A stretch of 64,000 nt of DNA, from assembly GCF_032191835.1 (NCBI RefSeq), contig NC_083231.1:64108001-64172000 (forward strand), written 5' to 3'. Numbering within the stretch: the stretch's first letter is position 1; every line of letters begins with the position of its first letter. The position numbers were made by a program, and so were the translations under genes. This document shows positions 23,156 to 34,240 of the stretch, piece by piece. The DNA comes from Heteronotia binoei (Eukaryota). The notes beneath the pieces are model-generated. The model saw nothing but the letters and a program-made list of their open reading frames with translations. It made no database searches and was not told the origin of the DNA.

Positions 23156-23376
23156 AAAATAGTAGAGAGTCCAGTAATACTTTAACAACTAACGAATTTT
23201 ATTGTGGCATAAGCCTTCAAGAAACCCAGCTCTTTTCATCCTATGCATCTGACAAAGAGAGCTGCGTTTCTCGAAAACTTATGCTACAATAAAATTTGTT
23301 AGTCTTAAAGGTGCTACTGGACTCTTTACTATTTTGCAGCAACAGACTTACATGGCTAACTCCTCTGGATCTATGA
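23156..23376. mobile_element. Inverted Penelope-like terminal repeat pair (palindrome) with hammerhead remnants
   Basis: ~85-nt arms about an ATGCAT axis. The right arm continues into the pLTR end (..CAACAGACTTACATGGCTAACTCCTCTGGATCTA). Flanked by CCATAAG repeats (23145-51 / 23377-83). Confidence 0.7.
23245..23284 (+). ncRNA. Degenerate minimal type I hammerhead ribozyme motif
   Basis: GCAT-CTGACAA-A-GAGAG-ctgcgt-TTCTC-GAAA-ACTT-ATGC: stem I GCAU/AUGC, stem II GAGAG/UUCUC, GAAA intact. Core G8 is mutated to A (CpG-type change). Confidence 0.6.
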
Positions 23377-24100
23377 CCATAAGTGAATTGATTGCACTAA
23401 ACACGCACACACTTCTAAGCACATTGACTTCAATAGATTTGGAACACTGTAATTCTGCTTAAGATGGCACTGTTTGTTACAAATCTCATCAACTTCAGTG
23501 GGACTGAGGCCAACTGACCTTCAGAAGACTGGGATCTTATTTATTTATTTATTTATTTATATTGGGATTTATACCCCGCCCTTCGCACCGAAGTGTCTCA
23601 GGGCGGCTTTCCCTAGGATTGCTATGGGAACACTATATATTTGAATTCCACTTTAAGGAATGCAAATTTGTTTTCTTGATCTGTAAGGAAAATTACTGGT
23701 TTCAAAAGAAGAAGGACTAAAAGGTCAAATTTCCCTCTTTCTATGGCATTATACTGCCTACAGCCATGAGGGGGACCTTCCTTGAAGGAATTTGCATTCA
23801 TAATTAATTTTTATATACAGATTTGCCTGGAGTGGAAAAACCAGCTCCTGAGACTTATATATTATTCTGGGAATTTTAGTTGTGTACTCTATCAAATAGA
23901 CTATTTTTTTTCTCATTAGGCAGCTGTGTACTGCTATAACGACTATAGTTAATTCATATTTAATTTATTACATCCTAGTTTATTTCTCCCCACCCCACAC
24001 CCTCAAATCTCATTTCTTCTCTCTCTGTTCTTCAGCAGTTTTCTCAAGCATGCGTTTCTGCTTCTTCAAAGTCTCTGTGCATATGCCATTTAACACCAGG

Positions 24101-24530
24101 TAGGGTTGCCAAGTCCAATTCAAGAAATATCTGGGGACTTTGGAGGCGGAGCCAGGAGACTTTGGGGTGGAGCCAGGAAACATTGGGGGTGGAGCCAGGA
24201 ACAAGGGTGTGACAAGCATAATTGAACTCCAAGGGAGTTCTGGCCATCACATTTAAAGGGACAGCACACCTTTTTAAATGCCTTTCTTCCATAGGAAATA
24301 ATGAAGGATAGGGGCACCATATTTTGGGGCTCATAGAATTGGACCTCCTGGTCCAATCATTTTAAAACTTGGAGGGTATTTTGGGGAGAGGCACTAGATG
24401 CTATACTAAAACTCTGGTGCCTCTACCTCAAAACATAGCCCCCCCAGAGCCCCCAATACCCGTGGATCAATTCCCCATTATTCCCTATGGGAATCGTTCT
24501 CCATAGGGAATAACAGAGTGCCCAGTAGAC
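24101..24530. mobile_element. TAGGGTTGCCA-family MITE (500-bp type), 3'-truncated, three internal repeats
   Basis: 5' TIR intact. Three GG(A/G)G(G/C)(C/T)GGAGCCAGGA units. Homology to 1829 ends at ...GTGCCCAGTAGAC. Confidence 0.8.
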
Positions 24531-26559
24531 ACCATTTTGTTTCTTCACCATTTTTTTTACTCATGTGCATGGTTTCATTATTGTGTTCTCCCTTCCCAAA
24601 ATCCTCTCCATATACACATGTACCCACCAGTAGGCAGCAGCACTTCTAATTGGCCAGCTTGGTTTTTATGGAACAGACAATTGGTGCATCATGTGACATA
24701 GCATGGGGATTCTTCAGTGCAGTGTTAGAGTGATTGAAAAGAAAATGTATTTATTTCCAGTGAACAACACACAGTCCATAGTCCATTCAGAATGTGGCCG
24801 GGAAGGATCATATCTAAGTGGCTCCAAGCTGTTGATACCAAAACCCAAGTATACCAACATGAAGTTCTGTAAAAGACCAATGCTGTAAAAAGCAAGCACA
24901 GTGCTACACAAATCACAAAAGGGGAAATACTGCTCCATTCTCCTATTTTGCTATTAAGATGGAACTTAATAAGGATCATGACATGGCAGCACTAGCAGAA
25001 GGAAGAGCAACGTGTCACAGAAACAACAATGTCTGCCTTGCATTGTAACATGATCAGCCCACTTACTTGAAAAAAATAGAGAAATGGTGGGCTGCGGGAT
25101 TATGATATCAGGGCTTATCACTGCAGTGAGTTGGAATGGGGAATGATGGGCAGGGCAAACGATGATAATGAAGAGCACGGTGGGAATACTTGCCATGAAT
25201 GGCAGAATTCCACATTAACGGCAAGTTCAGAACTGAGGCAAAAAAAAGGTACAAAAAACAGGAATACAAAAAACACGGGGGAGAAGCTGTAAGATGTGGG
25301 CCAAAACCTTGCCCTGCAGCATCATTGGGGAACCAATCACAAAGTCTGAATTACTTTGATAGCCTGCACCAGGGTAAGTGAGTGTGTGGAAGGGACCTGG
25401 GAGTTTATTTGGACTAAACAAGATTGGGAAGCATGGCTAAAATGCTCAATACACCTAACTACAACTTGTATTGAAGTAATCAGATATTTATTCCCAATTT
25501 GAATTTTATAATTCAGGAAGAAGTCAACAACTTCACCACAACAAATTGTGTTCACTTTTCAAAATGATCTTGTCAGGATTCCCTATCAGAATCTCTCTCA
25601 TGCTGTACACATGTGCTAGAGTATCAGATGTGAGAAGTGCAATTCTCAGTCCTCTACTCAAGCTGTGAAGCACACGAGCCTTGGGCAAGTGTCTGTCTTC
25701 AGCCTATTCAGTGTTAGGAGGTTGTTGCAAGGCTCTGGACTCCTTGGGTGAAGGGTGGGACATGAATGAAGCAACTAAATAAACAAACATAGGCAGTGAA
25801 AGTGAGATTATACAGATAAAGGTACATGTATATTCAGATCTCTAAATAGTTGAAAAACAGCCACCTCTCAGTTCTCCCTGAAAATAATTATATCATTCAG
25901 CCATTTGTGTACTTCTTCACTTGTGTTAGTTGGGGGCTTGGGGATATAAAATATAACCATTAATCACTTGTAAAGCATCTCAGAGTCTTAGCTATAGCTT
26001 GGAGTCACATGATAATGTGTCACTTTTTACACATCTAACACCATCATGGTTTGGAGTCATAGGCTGGATACAGACAGGCAGCTTGGGGCAGCAGCCTCCT
26101 GTTGCACACAAAGGCTGGCATAGTGGAAAGCACCTCAAGGGTGGTCAGATAGTGTGCAGCCCACTGCCAGAATAGGGATGGGCTGCGCATGTCCCAGAGG
26201 AGTGGTCACACCACTCAAGCACTTGAATTATGTTTCCCTGGCATTCAGACAACCAGGAAAGGCACCCAGGAAGTGCTTCAGCAATTTGCTACCACTTCCT
26301 ATCTGCTTGCTTTTTGAAGTGGCAGAGCAATGGTGGAAGATGAAGTAAGGGCAGGAGCGAGGTGGGACCCAGATGTGTTTTTCATTTTAAATGCGCCTTT
26401 TTGATCTAGACATGGGTTATTCCTGTGTCACCCCAGTTGGCCATTGAATTCAGCCATATGAAACACCTCAGGTTCATACACTCCTTGCTTCCATTCCATT
26501 CCTTCCTCTCCTCATAAGCTCTGGTTCTTTTTTATGACAAAACTGTATTTTGCCATTAC

Positions 26560-26842
26560 AGAAGAAGAAGAAGATATTGGATTTATATCCCGCCCTCCAC
26601 TCCGAAGAGTCTCAGAGCGGCTCACAATCTCCTTTACCTTCCTCCCCCACAACAGACACCCTGTGAGGTGGGTGGGGCTGGAGAGGGCTCTCACAGCAGC
26701 TGCCCTTTCAAGGACAACCTCTGCCAGAACTATGGCTGACCCAAGGCCATGCTAGCAGGTGCAAGTGGAGGAGTGGGGAATCAATCCTGGTTCTCCCAGA
26801 TAAGAGTCCACACACTTAACCACTACACCAAACTTGCTCTCC
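26560..26842 (-). mobile_element. tRNA-derived SINE (Squam3B-like)
   Basis: Reverse complement of the 22194 family, with a (GAA)n tail at the left and CACTACACCAAAC head at the right. Confidence 0.85.
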
Positions 26843-26855
26843 AGCTGGACTCTTT

Positions 26856-26980
26856 AAGAACATAAGAGACAAGCCATGTTGGAGCAGGCCAGTGGCCCAT
26901 CCAGTCCAATACTCTCTGTCACACAGTGGACAAAAAAGCCAGGCACCATCAGGAGGTCTATCAGTGGGACTCTGCTCATG
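26856..26980 (-). mobile_element. CR1 LINE 3' fragment
   Basis: AAGAACATAAGAG tail plus GGCCCATCCAGTCCAATACTCTCTGTCACACAGTGG, shared with 32494 and 58286. Confidence 0.75.
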
Positions 26981-26999
26981 GTTCTCTGATCTGGTTTGA

Positions 27000-27170
27000 A
27001 GGCCAAGTGGTAGTAGTGTATGGGTTGTAAACAAGGATCTGGGAGGTCGAAGTTTGAATCCCCACTCTGTCATGGAACCTTGGACCAGTCACTGCTCTCA
27101 GCCTAACCTACTCAACAGGGTTGTTGTGAGGATAAAATGGAGGAGTAGAGAACAATATAAACTGCTCTGG
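27000..27170 (+). mobile_element. tRNA-derived SINE (Squam3A/MIR-like)
   Basis: B box AGTTTGAATCC and core CTCAGCCTAACCTACTCAACAGGGTTGTTGTGAGGATAAAATGG. Confidence 0.65.
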
Positions 27171-29615
27171 GATCAATCTGGGGAGTTTTGTTGATTGAGA
27201 TATAATGGAAAGTTTGTATGAATAAGGAAATCAGGAGAACTGGTGTGCATGAAAGAAGGAGGGAAGAGGGAGCATGTCAGACTCTCTGTGCTTGACTTTA
27301 CACATGAACTGAAACCTTAAGTAAATTGTATCCTAGACTGAGTCTGGATTAAAAACTTGTTTTTGGATGGGAGCTCCATATGAGGAAATGTGAGTTTGCC
27401 AAAGGAATAGCAATATATGTTGAGAAAAATAACTTCAATTGCATTGGCCCTCACAACAGCTCTCTAAGGTGGGGTGCCATTTCCGCATTTGATAGTGTTT
27501 ATCCATCAGTCCATGCAGAGGCAAACTTGAAGCAGGACCTGGACTGAGTCCGCCTCTCAGCTTTATGAGTTACACTTGCTTTTTTGATTTTTGTTCCTTT
27601 TTTAAGAAACCCTTTCTTTAACTAGGATCCTGCTATGGTGATTCAAAAGTCTCCATTGTGCATGCTCAATTATTCACCCAGTCTGTAGAAAGGATAGGGA
27701 TTACATTTCCTGGTATTTAGATAAACACTAAATCCTTCACCTTAGAAAAAGATTGCTATGATTACATAAAGCATTTGGATTTATTCCCCCCCCCCCAAGT
27801 TCTTTCAAAAGGGACACAGGTGTCACCTGCAGATGCAGTCACAGCTTGAGAGAGCTTGTTTTGGCTAGAAATGGTCTGCATGGCAGATGCATTGTAAGCA
27901 TATGATTTTAATGCTAATGAAGCAGTGAAAAGGCTGGAGAGAAACCACAACTCAGCCCCGTGGTAACGGCAGAGTGGGAGACAAGAAATATAGTCACCCA
28001 GAACTAGATTGTCAAGATGTACTACTAAAAGAAAGCAGTCTATGGAAATAGGCAGGGGCCCTTTCCACTATTTTTCTCTGAAAACAAAAGTGTCATGCAA
28101 ACACATGCTTTCTCTCATTCTTTTCCCCTCTAATGTGTGCAAATGTATCTGCATGTTTCTTAGTACAGAAGATTTCTTGCTGCATTTGGGTGAGGAAAGG
28201 CAGATAAGATCTCATTAACCTGCAGAATAGAAAACCCATGTGGATGTTTAGTGTTGCTATACGTGAACATGTAGAAAAAAGGGATGTTTCTACATCAGTG
28301 ATTTGCCCGAGTTCAATGCCTTGGGAAAGTGGCTTTCCCCCCACCCCATTCTGCTTTTCCCATGGCATCATGGTGCATTTATGCATCTCCAGGGTTTTCC
28401 TGGTTTTGATCTTTCTTAACCCTGCTTTGTTCCAAAGTTTTGTAAAAGATCAAGCAAAACCTAGCTAGGTGCCTTGTGAGTGCAAAAGTTTGGATTTTCC
28501 TGGTCCTATCCACACAGCAGCCATTTCCTTGATGATAGTTATTTCCTCTCCTTACTGCAGAGGGTTTTTCTTTTCCTTTTTCAAAATTAGTGATATAATA
28601 GCATTATATCAATATGCCATTATACCAAAATATGCATCAGGTTCCCTGAATTCCCAGCTTTCATTTAAAAAAAATAAGTCTCTAGCCTCTTTCCTTGTGG
28701 AGAACCTGATGCATATTTTAATATAATGATATGTCGATATAAGGCTATTAAATTTCCAATTTAAAAAATACTTCCCAGGGAAATCCTGCTGTGTGAAAGC
28801 CCCATAGCCCCTGTTCTGTATTAGCAGTTGAGCAGCAACAGGGAAACTACATAAGCCTGTCCTCTCATGGACTGATAGTAGTTCTTATGGGATCTGTCCT
28901 CCAAACTCTGTTTGAGCTCCCATCTTCAACAGATGCCCATGGATTGGATCTCATGATCCATGGGGAGCAAGGACTTGACAGGGTCTTCCATGCCTTTCCT
29001 TCTCTCTACAACCTTTTCTGACTCCAGGGAAATGTATGGGTTAAGAGAACCACATGGACTAATTTCCTTGAGAGCTGAGTAGCTGCAATGGGGGAAGGGG
29101 GACGGGATAAAATCTCTTCAGGAGAGGAAGCAGACAGGCCCTCTCTCTCTAAAGTCACCCTCACAGGGTTGTTGCAAGGACAAAATGAAGGAGGGGAGAA
29201 TTTATGCCACCATGAGCATCTTGGGGAAAGGGCAAGATTAAAAAAGCACTAAATAGATAGTTTTTTTGTCAAGAAAAACTGCAAATATACCCAATACAAC
29301 AAAGGAAAAGAGCAAAAAACATCTGCATCCGTACTACTTGAGCCTTTGTATCTTATGGTCCTTAACTGAGATGTAGAATTCAAGTCAGGTTGGAGGCTTC
29401 CCCCACCCCGCTTTATATTTCATGCCTGACTGGGTCTCACTTTCATAAAAGTCTGGGCAGGGCCAAATTGGCTGTGGAGCACAGTGCAGTGGCAGGAGGA
29501 GCTTCAGCCTTTCCTTCCTGAAAACCTGCATCACTTTCAACAGAAGAAAACTGAGATGGTGTGAGGGCTGTTTGTCCTGCTTCTGGTTCCGTGTGTCTAC
29601 CCAAGACATGATAAC

Positions 29616-29735
29616 TTTAAAGCCAGGTAGATAGATCCAGGTGGACAGCCATGTTGGTCTGACGCAATAGAATAAAGGAGTCCAGTAGCACCTTTAAGAC
29701 CAATAAAGGTGCTACTGGACTCCTGCTTTGTTTTA
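29616..29735. mobile_element. Penelope-like terminal repeat remnant with a perfect 20-bp inverted repeat
   Basis: GGAGTCCAGTAGCACCTTTA (29677-96) / TAAAGGTGCTACTGGACTCC (29704-23). The left flank is the reverse complement of the pLTR end seen at 46670-46717. Confidence 0.65.
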
Positions 29736-30383
29736 AAACCAAGTAACACTTTACTTTCCTTACCACCTTTATGTTGCTAATAATACATAATACTGGACAT
29801 TCCAGTGTCCTGTAATGTTTTTCATTTTGACTTTTAAGAGTCAGTATCTGCACAGCTGTAGTGAATTCAGCCTGGATTTGGTAACATTAGATGCACTTTC
29901 ATACTGTTGCTGGGGATCTGAGGAGCAAGATTATAGGATAGGTTTAGTGGAAGAAGGAAGCAAGAAAGTCCCATTTCATGAGGTGTTCTATGTGAACAGA
30001 TCTGATTCCCTTTATGAAATGTTTGAAGTTATCCATATATTTAGGGCTGCCTGTTAGCTGCACTTGTCTGATATTGCTCTGAGCTATCGTGGGAGAGTTT
30101 AAAAAAAAACCTTTGGTGCCATGTGAATTCCAGAGGAACCCTAGATGTGATGTCAGGTAGCTCTAGGAATTGCTGGAAACTCTGTAGTAAAACCATAGAG
30201 TTATCAGCAATTCCTAGAGGTACCTGGTGTCACTTCCATGTTTTCCCAGAAATGATGTCATGGTGTATGTGATGCCATGTGCCCTACTATGTCTCCACCC
30301 CTCAAGCTCTCTGCAGTTTCCAGGCACAAACTATGGTGAAGGAGGATGGCTAAGGCAGAGAAAGAATGACTTTTTGGAAGCCT

Positions 30384-30610
30384 GAACATATGAAGAACAT
30401 ATGAACATATGAAGCTGCCTTATACTGAATCAGACCCTTGGTCCATCAAAGTCATATTGTCTTCTCAGACTGGCAGCGGCTCTCCAGGGTCTCAAGCTGA
30501 GGTTTTTCACATCTATTTGCCTGGACCCTTTTTTGGAGATACCAGGGATTGAACCTGGGACCTTCTGCTTCCCAAGCAGATGCTCTACCACTGAGCCACC
30601 GTCCCTCCCC
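30384..30610 (-). mobile_element. tRNA-derived SINE with a CR1-type tail
   Basis: The minus strand reads GGGGAGGGACGGTGGCTCAGTGGTAGAGCATCTGC..GGTTCAATCCC (A and B boxes) and ends in (TTCATATG)-like repeats. Confidence 0.8.
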
Positions 30611-30817
30611 TTGTGAGTTCATGGCAGAGGCGGCTTTGTGATTTGGAAATCAGTCTTGACTCTCTTGGCCATAATGCTATGTGAGCACTCTTGTGCAGTT
30701 CATTCATTTCAAGTGAATATTCAAGAGCTGTTCTTGGTAGGTTTAGCCCAGAATCTGGATAAATATTTTTAACAGGATGTCTTGAAACACCTTAAAGACT
30801 AACAGCATTTGATTCCT

Positions 30818-30848
30818 GCATAGCTTTCATGCCCACATCTTCAGATGC
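30818..30848 (-). ncRNA. Degenerate hammerhead motif within a Penelope-like remnant (~30788-30848)
   Basis: Minus strand: GCAT-CTGAAGA-TGTGGGCAT-GAAA-GCT-ATGC, followed by GGAATCAAATGCTGTTAGTCTTTAAGGTG. Core CUGAAGA and GAAA are intact, stem II is shortened and one nucleotide is missing at the cleavage site. Confidence 0.5.
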
Positions 30849-32139
30849 AATGAGTAGATCCTCCCTAAGCTGCCATTTTCTGAATCATGAAAAGGCAGGA
30901 TCAAAGGGCCATGAAATGTGGGGAGTAAAGGGTGAAACACAATTAGGTATGAATTCAGATCTAATCAAGAAAAATGTAGACTGCACACTAGTTATGCTAA
31001 GCTAGTTAATGGGGAGCTGCCTAGAGAGGATCCAGTGGGCTGGGCTTCAGTCCATGAAAGCTGTTTATTTTTGCTGCAACAGACTTAACACAACTAGTCC
31101 TCTAGAATAAATATCACTTATTTATTACTCTTTTATTTTCAAAGTGAAATGGTGGACAGCAGTGGTTTCTGCATCCTGTGCAAATCCTCTTCTTTTATAT
31201 GGTTGAAGATGCATTGTGGCACTAGAATTCATGAAAGGCCGTGATAATTTAAAAGGTGATTAACACAATTTAAAGCTGTAAATAGCCTATTTGCACAATT
31301 CCTCTTGCATTTTTAGCAGGACCTAGTGAGAAGCAGCGGTAGACATTGCCATCTCTCTACACAAAGACATCTATCCATCATTAATATTTAAAATTCAATC
31401 ATTAAGCAGGACAGAAGCGGTGTATTTGTTGAAAATAATCAGCAACTAATGGCTTAAAAACTTAGCAATTGGGGGCTCCTTTTGGATTATTCCATGCTGT
31501 TGAGCTCCCTGTCAAAATGCAAAAACGTATTAACTGGGATGGGACTGTGCACCCTGGGGTTGCTTATAATATGTAATTTACTAAGCACACATGCTTGGAG
31601 AAAAACAGATCAAACAGCTAAGATCTGAGCTGTCTGCAGCCTCTTTCATACTAAGCAAATGAACAAAACATTCATAGAAAGCCGCTCCTATTGGAGCTTT
31701 TTTGCCTTGTGAAATATATTCCAGTTTAGCGTACAATTCATTTACAACAGTGATGAATAGCCGCTTACATTGGGGTGTTACTGAAGGCTTATTCTTCTCT
31801 TTTAGCTTTATTCTTTTATCAGGATTCTCTTTTGAGTCCTTCCATATATTTGTCTTCATTATGTCTTAAGCAAAGACAGTATAGTAAATCTGAGCTGGAC
31901 TGCTTCATCCCTTGCCACCTTCTGAAATGTGCATGTACACATTTTCTAGGTGTGATTGTTTACTAAAGAAGTAGACCTGAATTTCCACAATAACTCTAAA
32001 GGAATCGGATATCATGTAGACCTGTTTATGTTGTAATCATTTCTCCTTGCACTTTTAAACAACAATGTTCAAAAAGGTCCCGATTTCCTTCTAATATTCC
32101 TTATAACATAACATAATAAGAGTCTGGGTATGACACTGG

Positions 32140-32578
32140 ATGCTGCTGTCTCAGTGGAGGCTCAGGTTACGCAGATTGCCAAAGTGGCTTTTTTCTTTTT
32201 CATCCAGTCTGGCAACTGACTCCCCTCCTATCCCATTCAGACCTAGCCACAGCAATCCATGCGACAGTCACCTCCAGATTAGACTACTGTCACTCACTCT
32301 ACACTGGCCTCCCCTTGAGACTGACCCAGAAACTCCAGTGGGTCCAGAATAAGGTGGCACAAGTCCTGTTGGGAATGCCATGGACGGCACATATACAGCT
32401 TGTGCTGCACCAGCTGCACTGGCTTCCAGTTGAGTACTGAGTCAGGTGCAAAGTTTTGGTGTTGACCTTTAAGGCCATGAGCAGTCTGAGACCAACATAA
32501 GAACATAAGAGAAGCCATGTTATATCAGGCCAATGGCCCATCCAGTCCAACACTCTGTGTCACACAGTGGCAAAATTT

Positions 32579-32619
<41 letters not shown>

Positions 32620-33415
32620 TGTGGCTAATAGCCACTGAGGGACCTCTGCTCCATATTTTTATCTAAACCCCTCTTGAAGGTGGCTATGCTTGTGGTCGTC
32701 ACCACCTCCTGTGGCAGTGAATTCCACATGTTAATCACCCTTTGGGTGAAGAAGTACTTCCTTTTTATCCGTTTTAACCTGTCTGCTCAGCAATTTCATC
32801 AAATGCCCACGAGTTCTTGTATTGTGAGAAAGGGAGAAAAGTACTTCTTTCTCTACTTTCTCCATCCCATGCATTATCTTGTAAACCTCTATCATGTCAC
32901 CCCGCAGTAGCCGTTTCTCTGAGGGACTGTCTTCTCTTCTCTGCTATGTCCCTGGAAGGGCATTGCACTCTGCCAGTAACAACTGGCTGGTAATCCCTGT
33001 CCTCAAAGAACCTTGACTGTCCTCAACTAAGGCCAGGGCTTTTTCAGTCCTGTCTCCACCTGGTGGAACTCTCTGGCAGACAATATCTGGGCCCTGAGAG
33101 ATCTTTTACAATTCTGCTGGGCCTGTAAGACAGAGATGTTTCACTAGGCTTTTGATAGAGACTCTTGACTGAGGCAGCGATATCTGGCACCTCATCTTTT
33201 GTCCACCCCCTTCAGAGGTGTTTCCTATCACCCCACCCCCATATGCTGTCTGATAAGAATGAGTATGATTAGCCAACTGCCATCAGAGGTCGGAATTCTT
33301 ATTGCTATCGCTTTATTGTGGTGACTTATATATTTGTTTTATTTTATGTATTTTTATCTGATGTACATCACCAGAGTTGGAATGGGGGAAGAAGAAGAAG
33401 AGGAAGAAGAAGAAA
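32140..33415 (+). mobile_element. Old L2 LINE 3' fragment interrupted by a CR1
   Basis: Decayed L2 C-terminal coding sequence (..KLQWVQN.., LHQLHWLPV, VLTFKA) resumes at 32919 (CTGAGGGAC..) after the CR1. Confidence 0.7.
32494..32918 (-). mobile_element. CR1 LINE 3' fragment
   Basis: AACATAAGAACATAAG tail. Body homologous to 58286-59150, with an internal (TA)n(CA)n. Confidence 0.85.
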
Positions 33416-34240
33416 CTATTATATAAATATTTTTATTTGGTACAGGGGGGAAATTCCCTAAATGTTTCATAATAGAACTTCTATTTTTATCCTGCTTTTT
33501 TCTTCAGGAAGTTCTGGCTGGCATACATGGTTTTGTTTTACAGCCCACCCCTTTTAGACTGAAAGAGACTGATTGGACCAAGTGTTACCATAAATGCTGG
33601 GGGGTCTCATCTTCTTATGGGGAATTTAGCAGACTGACCCTTGTAGAGCTCTTTGGAGCAGAAATCTCCACCTAGTGTATACCAGTAATAACTCCAGAGA
33701 GAGAGAGAGAGATTTTGAAATTACTAAACCAATTTTAATTAAGAAAGGAATTTTATTTTAAAAATAATAATATATTTAAATGTACACACAGAGAGAATTA
33801 AACTATCACACACACAAAAATCACCAGAACATAGGAATTAGCTGAGCGGTTAGGGGATGAGGTTAGTGAGGGAAAATTTATAGTTACCTGTCCTGGAGAG
33901 TTGAAGTCCACAGAGAAGAACAGCAGAATGACCAGCATCCTACTGTGGAGACTACCCAAACAAATTTGGGGGTGCGAGTCTGAAGGTGCCAAGACAGACA
34001 CACTGAGCATGTCCTGAGTGTGTCTTTAATAGGCAAAAACGTAACTCAGGACGTAAGTGGTCAGGATATTCTTGGAGCAATGTGAGATCAGATTATGAAA
34101 TTGTGCAAGAATGTGTATAAGAGTGATAAAATGGGTTTTGCTGAGCCAAACAAAGGATCTCAGGAAACCTGGGCAATGGGTTTGAGTGAGACCAATAGGT
34201 GCTGGAAAGGTGAGGGGAGAAGAATTGAAGAGCGGTAGGA

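Larger units (their letters stand above)
23041..23411 (+). mobile_element. RTE-clade LINE 3' end, split by the Penelope-like palindrome
   Basis: GAGATGGATTGGCTCAGTCGAGGAAGCC...CATAGGGTTGCCATAAG resumes after the insert as CCATAAGTGAATTGATTGCACTAAACACGCACACAC. Confidence 0.6.
23023..23473. mobile_element. Small palindromic MITE, expanded by nested insertions
   Basis: Perfect 20-bp inverted termini ACAGTGCCATCTTAAGCAGA (23023-42) / TCTGCTTAAGATGGCACTGT (23454-73). Confidence 0.7.

Noticed and set aside
30540-30610. tRNA gene
   Set aside because: The tRNA-like head lacks a proper acceptor stem and runs into a CR1-type tail. It is a SINE. The same applies to 22194, 26842 and 40042.
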